A stretch of 34,942 nt of DNA from Candidatus Pacearchaeota archaeon (lineage in GTDB: Archaea > Nanobdellota > Nanobdellia > Pacearchaeales > GW2011-AR1), in contig JAGVXK010000011.1 of assembly GCA_018303825.1 (NCBI GenBank), positions 1 through 34,942 of the forward strand, written 5' to 3'. Shown in pieces: positions 9,677 to 18,916 of the stretch (within the stretch, counting starts at the first letter, position 1; each line of letters begins with the position of its first letter). The notes under the pieces were generated by a model, which was given only the letters and a program-made list of their open reading frames with translations, was not told the origin of the DNA and ran no database searches. The position numbers and the translations under genes were made by a program.

Positions 9677-12115
9677 CTAACCAGTATAGAGTGGTCCGTT
9701 TTCTATCCCGGCCTTCGCACTCTTTAGGTAAAGATCTTCCATCTTCTTATATACTCTTGCTGTATCTGTGGAAACTGAGGCCTTGACTTTCTTAAATGCT
9801 TCATCAAAATCTTTCTTTTCAACTTTCTTAACATTCATATCCTTTCTTAATGCTGTCATTGATGCTTCCCTGACAAAGCTTTCAATATCTGCTCCGACAT
9901 ATCCTTCGGTTGAATGTATGAGCTCATCAATTATTTTTCTCTTCATATTTTCATTATCATTAAATATTTTTTTCTCTTCAGCAATTAATTTATTTTCCTC
10001 AGCCTTCTTTATCAAGTCAGAACCCCATCCATCGATAAATGGAGTATTCCTAAGATGCACTTCAAATATTTTTTTCCTGCTTTCTAAATCTGGGACATCA
10101 ACAAGAATAACCCTATCAAATCTTCCGGGCCTAAGCAACGCAGGGTCAAGCATATCGGGCCTGTTTGTAGCTCCAATTATTGTAACATCTTTCAAATCTT
10201 CCAATCCATCTATCTCTGCCAATAATTGATTGAGCACTCTTTCCGTAACTTTGGTTCCTTGTTCAACCCCTCTTCTTCCGGCAAGAGCATCAATCTCGTC
10301 AAAGAACACTATGCAGGGCGCAACTTGTCTTGCCCTCTCAAAAACTTTCCTAACTCCCTTCTCTGATTCCCCAACCCACATGCTCAATAAACTCGGCCCC
10401 TTAACCTGAATAAAATTAGCTTCGCTTTCTTTGGCAACTGCTTTTGCTAACAATGTTTTTCCAGTTCCCGGTGGACCATAAAGCAATATTCCCCTTGGAG
10501 GTCTTATTCCGAGTCTCTTGAAACTAGGTCCGTACTTCAAAGGCCATTCAACTGCCTCTTTCAATGAATCTTTTATCTTTTCCAAGCCCCCAATGTCACT
10601 CCAGCCAATATTCGGAACTTCAACAAGCACTTCTCTCATCGCTGAAGGACGAACAATCTTTAATGCAGATTCAAAATCCTCATTCCTTACTTTCATCTTC
10701 TCCAATATCTCTTGTTTTATTGGCTGATCTTCTTCCAATCTCATCTCTGGAAGTAATTTTCTGAGAACATTCATTGCTGCCTCCTTTGTCAACGCAGCTA
10801 TATCTGCCCCAACAAAACCATGTGTTTTTCCTGCAAGAGCCTCCAAATTAACCTTTTCCAAAGGCATATTTCTTGTATGTATTTTTAAAATATTTAATCT
10901 CCCATTTTTATCGGGAACATTTATTTCTATCTCTCTGTCAAATCTTCCGGGCCTTCTTAATGCAGAATCTAATGAATTAACTCTATTTGTAGCTCCTATA
11001 ACTATAACTTTTCCCCTTGATTTCAAGCCATCCATCATTGTGAGCATTTGTGAAACAACTCTTCTTTCAACTTCTCCCTGAACATCTTCTCTTTTCGGTG
11101 CAATTGCATCTAATTCATCTATGAATATAATACTTGGAGCATTTTTCTCTGCCTCTTCAAATATATCTCTAATTTTCTTTTCTGATTCTCCATAAAATTT
11201 GCTCATTATTTCTGGTCCGTTAAGTAAAATGAAATTTGCCTCGCTCTCGTTGGCCACTGCCTTTGCAAGTAATGTCTTTCCGGTTCCTGGAGGACCATGC
11301 AAAAGAACTCCCTTTGGAGGCTCAATTCCTAATTTCTCAAATATTTCTGGATGTTTCAAAGGAAGTTCAACCATTTCTCTTATCTTCTTCACCTCTTCTG
11401 TCAAACCTCCAATATCTTCATAAGTCACATCTGGAACTACCCCGGCATCCTCTCTTACATCGACGCCTTTTGACTGCAAAACTAATTCGGTTTGATCAGT
11501 TATCACAACACTCTGTGCAGGAGTTGTAGAAACAATAACAAATTTCAAATTCTGCAATCCTGAAAATCCGAATCCTGGGAACAATTCCCCAAAATCAGAA
11601 AAGAATTCATTTGAGAATGGATCATTCATAGTGGTATTCCTCCTTCCGCCGAGAGAAATGATATCTCCTTTTGAAACAACTCTTCCAAATAATCCGGATT
11701 TAATCATCTCAGGATCTCCTTGAACAATAACTCCCTGCTGTGCAGGAGCGATTATAACTTTCTGGGCGGCTTTAATGACTGCTCTTCTGACAATCACCTG
11801 CTCTCCAACTCCGGTCTTGGCATTTTTTCTAATTAATCCGTCTATTCTGATTATCCCTTCTCCAACATCTGCGGGATAAGCCCTGTCCACAATTGCTGCT
11901 GTTTCCCTTCCGCCTTTAATAGAAATGACATCTCCTCTGTTCAGCCCAAGCATTTTCATCAACTGGGGGTCAATTCTTGCAACACCTTTATATGCATCAT
12001 CCTGCAGTGCTTCAACAACTTTCAATCTGACTTCTTTTATCTCTTTTATTGTATCTTTCTTTTGCTCCTTAACGTCCCTCATATCTCTATTGTCTTTGTT
12101 TTCTTCTTTTGCCAT
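9677..12115 (-). CDS. cdc48: Cdc48/VAT double AAA+ ATPase
   Basis: N domain; two Walker A motifs (GPPGTGKT), Walker B IFIDE and [17 protein letters not shown] and ALLRPGRFD. Confidence 0.97.
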   Translation of the reverse strand: MAKEENKDNRDMRDVKEQKKDTIKEIKEVRLKVVEALQDDAYKGVARIDPQLMKMLGLNRGDVISIKGGRETAAIVDRAYPADVGEGIIRIDGLIRKNAKTGVGEQVIVRRAVIKAAQKVIIAPAQQGVIVQGDPEMIKSGLFGRVVSKGDIISLGGRRNTTMNDPFSNEFFSDFGELFPGFGFSGLQNLKFVIVSTTPAQSVVITDQTELVLQSKGVDVREDAGVVPDVTYEDIGGLTEEVKKIREMVELPLKHPEIFEKLGIEPPKGVLLHGPPGTGKTLLAKAVANESEANFILLNGPEIMSKFYGESEKKIRDIFEEAEKNAPSIIFIDELDAIAPKREDVQGEVERRVVSQMLTMMDGLKSRGKVIVIGATNRVNSLDSALRRPGRFDREIEINVPDKNGRLNILKIHTRNMPLEKVNLEALAGKTHGFVGADIAALTKEAAMNVLRKLLPEMRLEEDQPIKQEILEKMKVRNEDFESALKIVRPSAMREVLVEVPNIGWSDIGGLEKIKDSLKEAVEWPLKYGPSFKRLGIRPPRGILLYGPPGTGKTLLAKAVAKESEANFIQVKGPSLLSMWVGESEKGVRKVFERARQVAPCIVFFDEIDALAGRRGVEQGTKVTERVLNQLLAEIDGLEDLKDVTIIGATNRPDMLDPALLRPGRFDRVILVDVPDLESRKKIFEVHLRNTPFIDGWGSDLIKKAEENKLIAEEKKIFNDNENMKRKIIDELIHSTEGYVGADIESFVREASMTALRKDMNVKKVEKKDFDEAFKKVKASVSTDTARVYKKMEDLYLKSAKAGIENGPLYTG

Positions 12116-12123
12116 ATTATTAT

Positions 12124-12585
12124 TTACTTTTCATCTCCGTTTCGATTGTTGTTTTTCCTAATTTTTCTAATTCTAAAGCCATTTAAATTATTATATTCTG
12201 CATTATCATCTTCTTTTTCATCGAAATTATCAGTAAAATCATCAAAAATAACACTTAACCTGCCAAAATCCTCAAAGCAAAGCCTGACCATTTCATCCAT
12301 ATCTCTTTTCATATCCCTATGCCTCTCATTTATAAAGTCAAATATCTCCTTTGGGATAGATATTGCGTGGGAATTTCCGACCATTCTTAATTTAACTTCA
12401 AAATTCTTTCCCTTCAAATCCTTAAATTTTTCCATTCCATTCAAATCAGCAGGATGTATTATCTTGTCCCTACACTTTGGGCATTCAACAGCTCTTAATT
12501 CTAAGCCATTTCTATGTGCAATCGCTTTCCGCATCTCTATATTGCAGTTTTTGCACATTATTTTGGTGTCAAATATGTCTGTCAT
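12124..12585 (-). CDS. Zinc-ribbon plus AbrB/MazE/SpoVT-type DNA-binding protein
   Basis: CKNC...CPKC, then VKLRMVGNSHAISIPKEI swapped-hairpin motif; ATG at 12585 is in frame with ORF-track 12618; stop lies 8 bp upstream of cdc48. Confidence 0.8.
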   Translation of the reverse strand: MTDIFDTKIMCKNCNIEMRKAIAHRNGLELRAVECPKCRDKIIHPADLNGMEKFKDLKGKNFEVKLRMVGNSHAISIPKEIFDFINERHRDMKRDMDEMVRLCFEDFGRLSVIFDDFTDNFDEKEDDNAEYNNLNGFRIRKIRKNNNRNGDEK

Positions 12586-12711
12586 TTTTACCTCTGGTAA
12601 AAATCCTTGCTTTATCAAAATTTCCTAAATTTTGTATGTTTGTCATTTTTACCTCTGGTAAAAATCCTTGCTTTATCAAAATTTCCTAAATTTTGTATGT
12701 TTGTCATTTTT
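12574..12711 (-). repeat. Tandem 61-bp repeat (2 identical copies plus partial) over the AbrB gene start
   Basis: 12580-12640 is identical to 12641-12701; partial third copy 12702-12711; three minus-strand ATGACA starts at 12707, 12646 and 12585. Confidence 0.95.
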
Positions 12712-12741
12712 CTTTCAATATCTTTTATAGATATACTTTAT

Positions 12742-12777
12742 TAGTATACACAAAACGTATATACTATAATATTTAAA
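12742..12777 (-). promoter_or_regulatory. TATA box with a downstream inverted repeat (candidate operator) for the AbrB-cdc48 unit
   Basis: Minus strand AGAAAGG-TTTAAATA (TATA 12777-12770); TAGTATA-N11-TATACTA at 12742-12766. Confidence 0.55.
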
Positions 12778-12840
12778 CCTTTCTAAAGTCCCTTACTCGA
12801 AAAACAGGCATAAAATAGGAAAAACAAGATCTTTTTTAAA

Positions 12841-13569
12841 ATGAAAAAAATAATTTATACATTACTTTTGGTTACTGCGTTGACGACAAAAACAAATGCA
12901 AATCCAGAAAAATTACACTCTAAGCTAATTTCTGGGGAAGAAATAATGTCGAAAACGAGGGCGCTTGAGATAACCCGCATGGGTGAGATAAGAATACATG
13001 ATGAAACAGGATATTTTATTGATATTAAAGCAACTGAACACAAAAAGGCAGACTCAAAGAAGACTGAAAAAACACTTGAATTCAGAATTTGTGACAGCGA
13101 GACAGAGCTTACATTAATAGATAAAGATGCAAATGGTGTAGGCAAGGGAGATTCACTCTTATTTACCCACAGATTTCCGAACACTGATCACCTAGAAATT
13201 GTGGTTGAATCAAGGGGGAACAATAATTACTTTATTGCAAATAGAATTTACAACGGAACAAATGATCTCTACCGCCCAGAACCAATAGACATGTCTAAAA
13301 TGAATTTTTTTGCAAGTTTATATGTTCATTGGAAAATCTCTCCAATCATAAAATGGGGGCAAACTTCTTATTCTAATCTCGTAGCAAACATAGAAAGACA
13401 ACAGCCGGCAGGAGTTCAATACCATGAATTCAAAGAAGCACTGAAAGATTTCGAAGCAATAGAGCCAATAATAACAACCACAAAAGATAAGAAAAAAACT
13501 TTCGAAATCTGCGGAAAATATTTTGGTGCTGTAAAAAAAAAGGTTTTAAAAAAAGACGAAGACAATTAA
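12841..13569 (+). CDS. Hypothetical secreted protein
   Basis: Signal-peptide-like MKKIIYTLLLVTALT; no family recognised. Confidence 0.75.
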   Translation: MKKIIYTLLLVTALTTKTNANPEKLHSKLISGEEIMSKTRALEITRMGEIRIHDETGYFIDIKATEHKKADSKKTEKTLEFRICDSETELTLIDKDANGVGKGDSLLFTHRFPNTDHLEIVVESRGNNNYFIANRIYNGTNDLYRPEPIDMSKMNFFASLYVHWKISPIIKWGQTSYSNLVANIERQQPAGVQYHEFKEALKDFEAIEPIITTTKDKKKTFEICGKYFGAVKKKVLKKDEDN

Positions 13570-13608
13570 ATCAATAACCTTTATTAATCTGTTTTCCCAA
13601 ATCGAGTT

Positions 13609-15027
13609 ATGCAAAAAGAAGAAAAGCATAACATTCATAGCACTGTCAGGATTCTTGACGAAGAAGTAAAGAGAAAAAAGGCATTTAAAATAAGCATAAA
13701 GGAAGGCTCTGCAATGAGCTTTGGCAGCGATCTTGGAAATTCATTGATAACTCCCCTGGCAACTGAAATAGGAGGAAATTCCATTCACATAGGGCTGATA
13801 AGCGCGCTTTCCGGTCTTTTCTCTCCACTGGTTCAGATAAAAGGAGACAGATTAATGGAATCTATGTCAAGAAAAAAGATTGTGGCCAGATTCATTCTTT
13901 TGCAAGCAATAATGTGGCTCCCAATAGCACTCTTAGGGCTGCTATATTCAAAAAATATTCTTACAGACTCACTGCCCTGGCTTTTAATTGCATTTTATAC
14001 TGTTCTAGCCATAGCTGGAAGCTTCACAGCCCCATCCTGGTTCTCCTGGCTCGGTGATTTAGTTAACGAAAAAGAGAGGGGAAAATTCTTTGCAAAAAGA
14101 AATGTTTATATCGGAATATCTGGAATAATCGGACTACTGTTCGGAGGATTCATCTTAAAATATTTCAAAGCAAATAATTCCATTTTCATGGGTTTTCTTA
14201 TATTATTCTCCACATCATTTCTTTTCACAATAATAGCAAATTATTACATAAAAAGACAATACGAGCCAAAATTCAAACTTGATAAAAAAAGCTATTTTTC
14301 TTTCTTTTCTTTTATAAAAAGATTTGACAACTATGGAAAATTCTCAGTCTATCAGTCATTTTTCAATTTAGCAATAATGATTGCTTCTCCATTTTTTGCC
14401 TTGTATATGCTAGAAAATCTTGGCTTTAAAAATAATTATATGTTGTATATGATTGTTTCGCTAACAAGCACGTTTTTCTACTTATTATTTACACCATTAG
14501 CTGGAAAATTCTCTGATAAATATGGAAATCTAAAATTGCTCTGGATTTCAAACATTTTCTTTGCAATAACTCCATTATTATGGATATTTGTCAAATCCCC
14601 ATTGCAAATAATATTCCTGCCACAGCTTTCAGCAGGAATAGCAAATGCTGCCCTAGCAATTGCAATAACAAACTATACTTATGGTTCTGCATCAAAAGAG
14701 CATCGCGGTTTGTGCATGGCGTATACTAATATATTGATAGGGGTGGGCGCCTTCTTTGGCTCTATAATTGGAGGATTCCTAATCAGAAATATCACTCTTA
14801 ATGCATTCAACTCATTTATATTTGTATTTATTATCGCGGCAATTGCAAGAATTCTTGTTGCCCTAGTTTTCCTGCCAAGATTGAAAGAAGTAAAAAGAGT
14901 GTCAAAATTAAGGTTGCACTTCCCAATACATCTGAGTTTAACAAGACCATTTAGATTCCTCCACTTAGAGCATAGTATTCTTGGTTTCTTGCATCCAAAG
15001 GCAGCAAAAATAAAGTTCATCCCTTAA
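13609..15027 (+). CDS. MFS transporter
   Basis: About 12 hydrophobic helices; GKFSDKYG motif A-like loop. Confidence 0.9.
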   Translation: MQKEEKHNIHSTVRILDEEVKRKKAFKISIKEGSAMSFGSDLGNSLITPLATEIGGNSIHIGLISALSGLFSPLVQIKGDRLMESMSRKKIVARFILLQAIMWLPIALLGLLYSKNILTDSLPWLLIAFYTVLAIAGSFTAPSWFSWLGDLVNEKERGKFFAKRNVYIGISGIIGLLFGGFILKYFKANNSIFMGFLILFSTSFLFTIIANYYIKRQYEPKFKLDKKSYFSFFSFIKRFDNYGKFSVYQSFFNLAIMIASPFFALYMLENLGFKNNYMLYMIVSLTSTFFYLLFTPLAGKFSDKYGNLKLLWISNIFFAITPLLWIFVKSPLQIIFLPQLSAGIANAALAIAITNYTYGSASKEHRGLCMAYTNILIGVGAFFGSIIGGFLIRNITLNAFNSFIFVFIIAAIARILVALVFLPRLKEVKRVSKLRLHFPIHLSLTRPFRFLHLEHSILGFLHPKAAKIKFIP

Positions 15028-15189
15028 ATACAAACAATAGCTAAAAAACAATATCAATAAAATCATTACGAGATAATTGCCTTAACGACCATATTCTCCT
15101 GTCAATACCATTTTGACATCTAAAATAAGCATAAACAAAATAGAAACATCTTTAGGAAAGTTTAAAAGTTCAAACTATCTATAATAAAA

Positions 15190-15864
15190 ATGCTTTTTGG
15201 AAGAAAAAATAAGAAAAATAAAGAAGAATGCCCTAATTGTAAGTCTGATTTAGAAAAAGAATTCAGCTTCTGCCCTTATTGCGGTCTTTCATTAATAGAC
15301 AAAGAAAGAGAAATGAGAGAATTTGGAATGCTTGGAAGAGCTGATTTCGCAGACAAAACATCATCAAATACTTATTTGGCTCAATCAGGTGGTTTCTCTG
15401 ACAAAATAATTTCATCGATTGTCAATTCTTTGATGAAAAACTTAGACAGGCAATTCAAAGATATGGACAAAGAAATTGCAAATGCAGAAATAAAGCCAAT
15501 GCGAAATAGATTCAGCATAAGAATTGGCCCAAAAACAACAAACAAAAACATTGAAGAAAAGCCAAAGGCAGCAACTTCAAGAAAAGGCCCTAGCCAGGAG
15601 CAGATGAGAAAAATCTCTACTCTGCCAAGAAAATCAGCAAATACAAATGTAAAAAGGCTCGGAAATAAAATTATCTATGAATTAGGAATGCAGGGAATTA
15701 AGTCCCCTGAAGACATCTTTGTTTCAAAGTTGGAAAATGGATATGAAATTAAAGCAATTTCCGACAAACATGTTTATGTTAACACCATCCCATTAGACCT
15801 TCCGGTAAAAACATTCAAGTTAGAAAAGGACAAGATTAGTGTTGAATTTAAGACAGAATACTAA
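15190..15864 (+). CDS. Zinc-ribbon protein with a C-terminal HSP20/alpha-crystallin-like region
   Basis: CPNC...FCPYCG; C-terminal beta-rich segment (ANTNVKRLGNKIIYEL...IPLDLP) resembles a degenerate alpha-crystallin domain. Confidence 0.6.
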   Translation: MLFGRKNKKNKEECPNCKSDLEKEFSFCPYCGLSLIDKEREMREFGMLGRADFADKTSSNTYLAQSGGFSDKIISSIVNSLMKNLDRQFKDMDKEIANAEIKPMRNRFSIRIGPKTTNKNIEEKPKAATSRKGPSQEQMRKISTLPRKSANTNVKRLGNKIIYELGMQGIKSPEDIFVSKLENGYEIKAISDKHVYVNTIPLDLPVKTFKLEKDKISVEFKTEY

Positions 15865-16128
15865 TTACATAAACACATAAAAATTTAAATAACGCTGGGT
15901 TTTAGAAATTAAATGCGAAAGATAATCAATGCTGATAAGGTCATTGGCAGGATAGTATATGTCTTTTGATAGAGAACTATCAGAATATGAATCGGTTATT
16001 AGGGCAGGTCATAAAATAGATTTATTTGAATTTCCACCAACGAGTCCGCAAAGTGCATATGATTGTAAATACCCTAAAAAATTAAAAGAAAGCACAAAGA
16101 TTCAAAGATTCAAAAATCAAAAACATCA

Positions 16129-16200
16129 TGCGCCGTCTGGGAATTGAACCCAGCCGTAAACCTTGGGAAGGTTTCATACTAGCCGATATATGAACGGCGC
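16129..16200 (-). tRNA. tRNA-Gly(CCC)
   Basis: Acceptor GCGCCGT/ACGGCGC-A; anticodon arm AAACC-TTCCCAA-GGTTT; T arm CTGGG-TTCAATT-CCCAG. Confidence 0.95.
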
Positions 16201-16204
16201 CTAA

Positions 16205-16648
16205 TTATCTAAAATAGCTCTTTATTGATTTAAAGTCTTTTTTATACTTAAAACACTCATAAACAGACAAAGCAAAAATAATAATCATTATTGAATCTAT
16301 AATCATACAGCTTAAGCATATCTTCCCCAATTTAAAAAGCTGGATATAAATAAACCACAAGGAGCCAACGACCCCTATAAGATTGGTGATTACGAAATAA
16401 GGGTAAAAGTCCCTGTGCCTTAGCGCAAATGAATAAACTAAAAGCAAAAGAACAAAAGCAATTACTCCGATTAGGCTGACTTCAATTCCAAATATCTCCC
16501 CATATATTGATTTCTGAACCCCCTCGCAATCTGACTTTAGAATGCAAAGTGCACCACCTATCTCAACAGCCAAATACGACATGAAGGAAAGAAGAATATT
16601 TACAATTATTAAAATCAATATAATATTGTGAATTGCCTTTTGATTCAT
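16205..16648 (-). CDS. Vitamin K epoxide reductase (VKOR) family membrane protein
   Basis: Loop Cys pair C-ILKSD-C, V..S.YG.IFGI.VS.IG, and CLSC active site; four TM helices. Confidence 0.9.
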   Translation of the reverse strand: MNQKAIHNIILILIIVNILLSFMSYLAVEIGGALCILKSDCEGVQKSIYGEIFGIEVSLIGVIAFVLLLLVYSFALRHRDFYPYFVITNLIGVVGSLWFIYIQLFKLGKICLSCMIIDSIMIIIFALSVYECFKYKKDFKSIKSYFR

Positions 16649-16695
16649 AAAAACCAATTATAAAACAAGTTTAATAACCTTTTCTAATGAGAAAG

Positions 16696-16769
16696 TGGTC
16701 GTGCCAGGATTTGAACCTGGGACCCCTGCCTTATCAGAGCAGTATTCTACCGAGCTGAACTACACGACC
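16696..16769 (-). tRNA. tRNA-Ile(GAT)
   Basis: Acceptor GGTCGTG/CACGACC-A; anticodon arm CTGCT-CTGATAA-GGCAG; T arm CCAGG-TTCAAAT-CCTGG. Confidence 0.97.
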
Positions 16770-16792
16770 TTAAAATAGGGTGATTTAATTTG

Positions 16793-17470
16793 TTATTTAA
16801 AGCTTTGTGTAAACTTAAGATGTTTAATTGAATGTTTAGGGTTTTGGGGCTTGACAACTTTCATAAATAAATCAAACATCTCTACACCGCGAATGACAAC
16901 TGCATAAGAATCCTTTTGTCCTCCTTTTTTAACGAATTTTTCTTTATACATTGTTGCTCTCAACCCCAATTCATTAAAATTTTCTTTTAACTGACTCGCC
17001 AAAGGAAAAGATATCGTTTTTATCTCCAATCTAGGATATAATTTTCCATTCTTCTTCTCTAAATAAACACATCCATCTGTGTCAAATATGCCTCTTAAAA
17101 CTGCAGCCCTAAGAACACCATTTTTCAAAAAAATCTTAGGAATTTCTATGCTTGTCTTTGGTCCAGTTGGTAAACCTAATTTCTCTTTAAGTTTTACTAG
17201 TTCATTGCTCCAAATTTGAAAACCAAACACTCTTGTTGAAGACATTTCTCTTAAACTTATATCAATTCCATAAAGTTTCTTGAAAATAGGCTTCACTCCT
17301 TCAATATAATGCTGTTTATCGTCTTCTATATGCCCTCTAAGTAGTTGGTATATTCCTTTTTTCACCCCCTGATTATTATAATAACTCATGCTTCCATCCC
17401 CAATATGCCAACCAGTCTCTTCAGCTAACTCTTCAGTTATATTGCTAGGAAATTTTTCTATTTCATTTTT
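16793..17470 (-). CDS. Free-standing two-motif LAGLIDADG endonuclease lacking an in-frame ATG before motif 1
   Basis: Frame stays open upstream of ATG 17389 through EELAEETGWHIGDGSM (motif 1) to TAA 17473-17471; motif 2 AAVLRGIFDTDGCV; both catalytic Asp present. Confidence 0.9.
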   Translation of the reverse strand, partial: KNEIEKFPSNITEELAEETGWHIGDGSMSYYNNQGVKKGIYQLLRGHIEDDKQHYIEGVKPIFKKLYGIDISLREMSSTRVFGFQIWSNELVKLKEKLGLPTGPKTSIEIPKIFLKNGVLRAAVLRGIFDTDGCVYLEKKNGKLYPRLEIKTISFPLASQLKENFNELGLRATMYKEKFVKKGGQKDSYAVVIRGVEMFDLFMKVVKPQNPKHSIKHLKFTQSFK

Positions 17471-17621
17471 TTAATATAACTAAATAAACATCTCTATCAA
17501 GATATTCTTTTGGGCAATCAACTTTCGCACTTGTCCCAAACTTAGTAACATTTCTTTTGAAAAATCCTTCCACATTTTTTATAGATATTTTTGTTGAGTG
17601 GACAATTTTTACTTTTTTCAT
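17463..17621 (-). CDS. DUF2080-like (transposon-associated, AbrB-like) small protein, 52 aa
   Basis: Own translation: MKKVKIVHSTKISIKNVEGFFKRNVTKFGTSAKVDCPKEYLDRDVYLVILKK; V..FG.SAKV..PKEY matches DUF2080; TATA TTTAAATA upstream. Confidence 0.85.
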   Translation of the reverse strand: MKKVKIVHSTKISIKNVEGFFKRNVTKFGTSAKVDCPKEYLDRDVYLVILKK

Positions 17622-17728
17622 ATATCTTATAGATATCTTAAATATTTAAACTTTCCTAATTACAATTCTCATACAACCAACCCCTATTTTTTCATACACT
17701 TTAAAAACCCCTATAAATATATAGATAA

Positions 17729-18319
17729 ATGAACTTGAAAGAGCAAATAAAAAAATTCTGGAATTTTTTAAAGGAAGACACCTGGCAATCCTGGTTGGTC
17801 TCCCTAATCTTATTAATAGTCATAATCAAATTTATTTTCTTTCCATTGATGTCTTTATTAACAGGAACTCCTCTGCCTCTTGTTGTTGTAGAATCCTGCT
17901 CAATGTATCATGAATCGGACTTCAACACCTGGTGGAATTCAAATGCAGGATGGTATGAGGCAAGGAACATAACAAAAGAACAATTCAAATCATTCTCGTT
18001 GAAATATGGTTTCAATAAAGGAGATATTCTCTTTGTTACCGGAAGAGGCACCCCACATATAGGAAATGTTATAATATTCAAGGCAGAATCAAAATATCCT
18101 ATAATTCATAGAGTTATTTCTCTTTCTCCTCTCGAAACAAAGGGAGACCATAATTCGGGACAATTGACAATGGCAAGTTACGGAGTTGATGAAACTAATA
18201 TAGACAAAAATGGCATAGTGGGATATGCAAGGTTCAAGGTTGTTCCTCTTCTCGGCTGGGTAAAACTCATCTTCTTCGAGCCCCTAAAGCCCGCGAACGA
18301 AAAAGGCTTCTGCAGGTAA
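17729..18319 (+). CDS. sec11: Signal peptidase I (Sec11/S26B)
   Basis: N-terminal TM helix; VVESCSM (catalytic Ser), KGD and IIHRV (catalytic His). Confidence 0.9.
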   Translation: MNLKEQIKKFWNFLKEDTWQSWLVSLILLIVIIKFIFFPLMSLLTGTPLPLVVVESCSMYHESDFNTWWNSNAGWYEARNITKEQFKSFSLKYGFNKGDILFVTGRGTPHIGNVIIFKAESKYPIIHRVISLSPLETKGDHNSGQLTMASYGVDETNIDKNGIVGYARFKVVPLLGWVKLIFFEPLKPANEKGFCR

Positions 18320-18584
18320 AACGCTAAAAGTACAGACAACTTTATTTGTAATAAAAAATCAAATTCTATAATATCCAATAGATTATTATTTAAAATACTA
18401 ATTATAATACTCCTATCATCAGTAAAAATTAAAATTAATTAGTTGCAGATAAATAACTGCTGATTATCCTTAAACTGTCTTAATTTATGAACATTATATA
18501 ATTCCATTAATTCTGACAAAGAAGCATCCAGCAAAAGGCTTAAAAACCTCAAATGGATAGGTAGAAGATATCTTTTTTAATAAA

Positions 18585-18893
18585 ATGGAATTTTGCGTTA
18601 GATGCGGGGGGATGATTCTTGTTACAGAAGGCAAGGCTGCTTGTGTTAGCTGTGGCAAGAAACTGGATAAAAAACCAAAGATAGAATCCTTCGAAAAAAT
18701 GGAAAAGGCAGAGGAAATCGCAGTTGTAAACGAAGATGCTGGAGTTGTCTATCCTGAAGTTGACATGACCTGCCCAAAATGTAAAAACAAGAAGGCATAC
18801 TTCTGGACCCTGCAGACAAGGTCAAGCGACGAATCAGAAACCAAATTCTACAAATGCACGAAATGCAAGCACACCTGGAGAAAATATCGTTAA
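18585..18893 (+). CDS. tfs: Transcription factor S / RpoM
   Basis: MEFCVRCG Zn ribbon; C-terminal CPKC...QTRSSDESET.FYKCTKC with the acidic DE hairpin. Confidence 0.95.
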   Translation: MEFCVRCGGMILVTEGKAACVSCGKKLDKKPKIESFEKMEKAEEIAVVNEDAGVVYPEVDMTCPKCKNKKAYFWTLQTRSSDESETKFYKCTKCKHTWRKYR

Positions 18894-18916
18894 CAATACC
18901 TATAAGAAACTTAAAG

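Noticed and set aside
12574-12711. Possible mini-CRISPR array
   Set aside because: Units are identical over their whole 61 bp with no variable spacers, and no cas genes are in the window.
15959-16147. 62-aa ORF on the + strand
   Set aside because: Runs antisense into the 3' end of tRNA-Gly and has no recognisable motif; cannot be supported as a gene.
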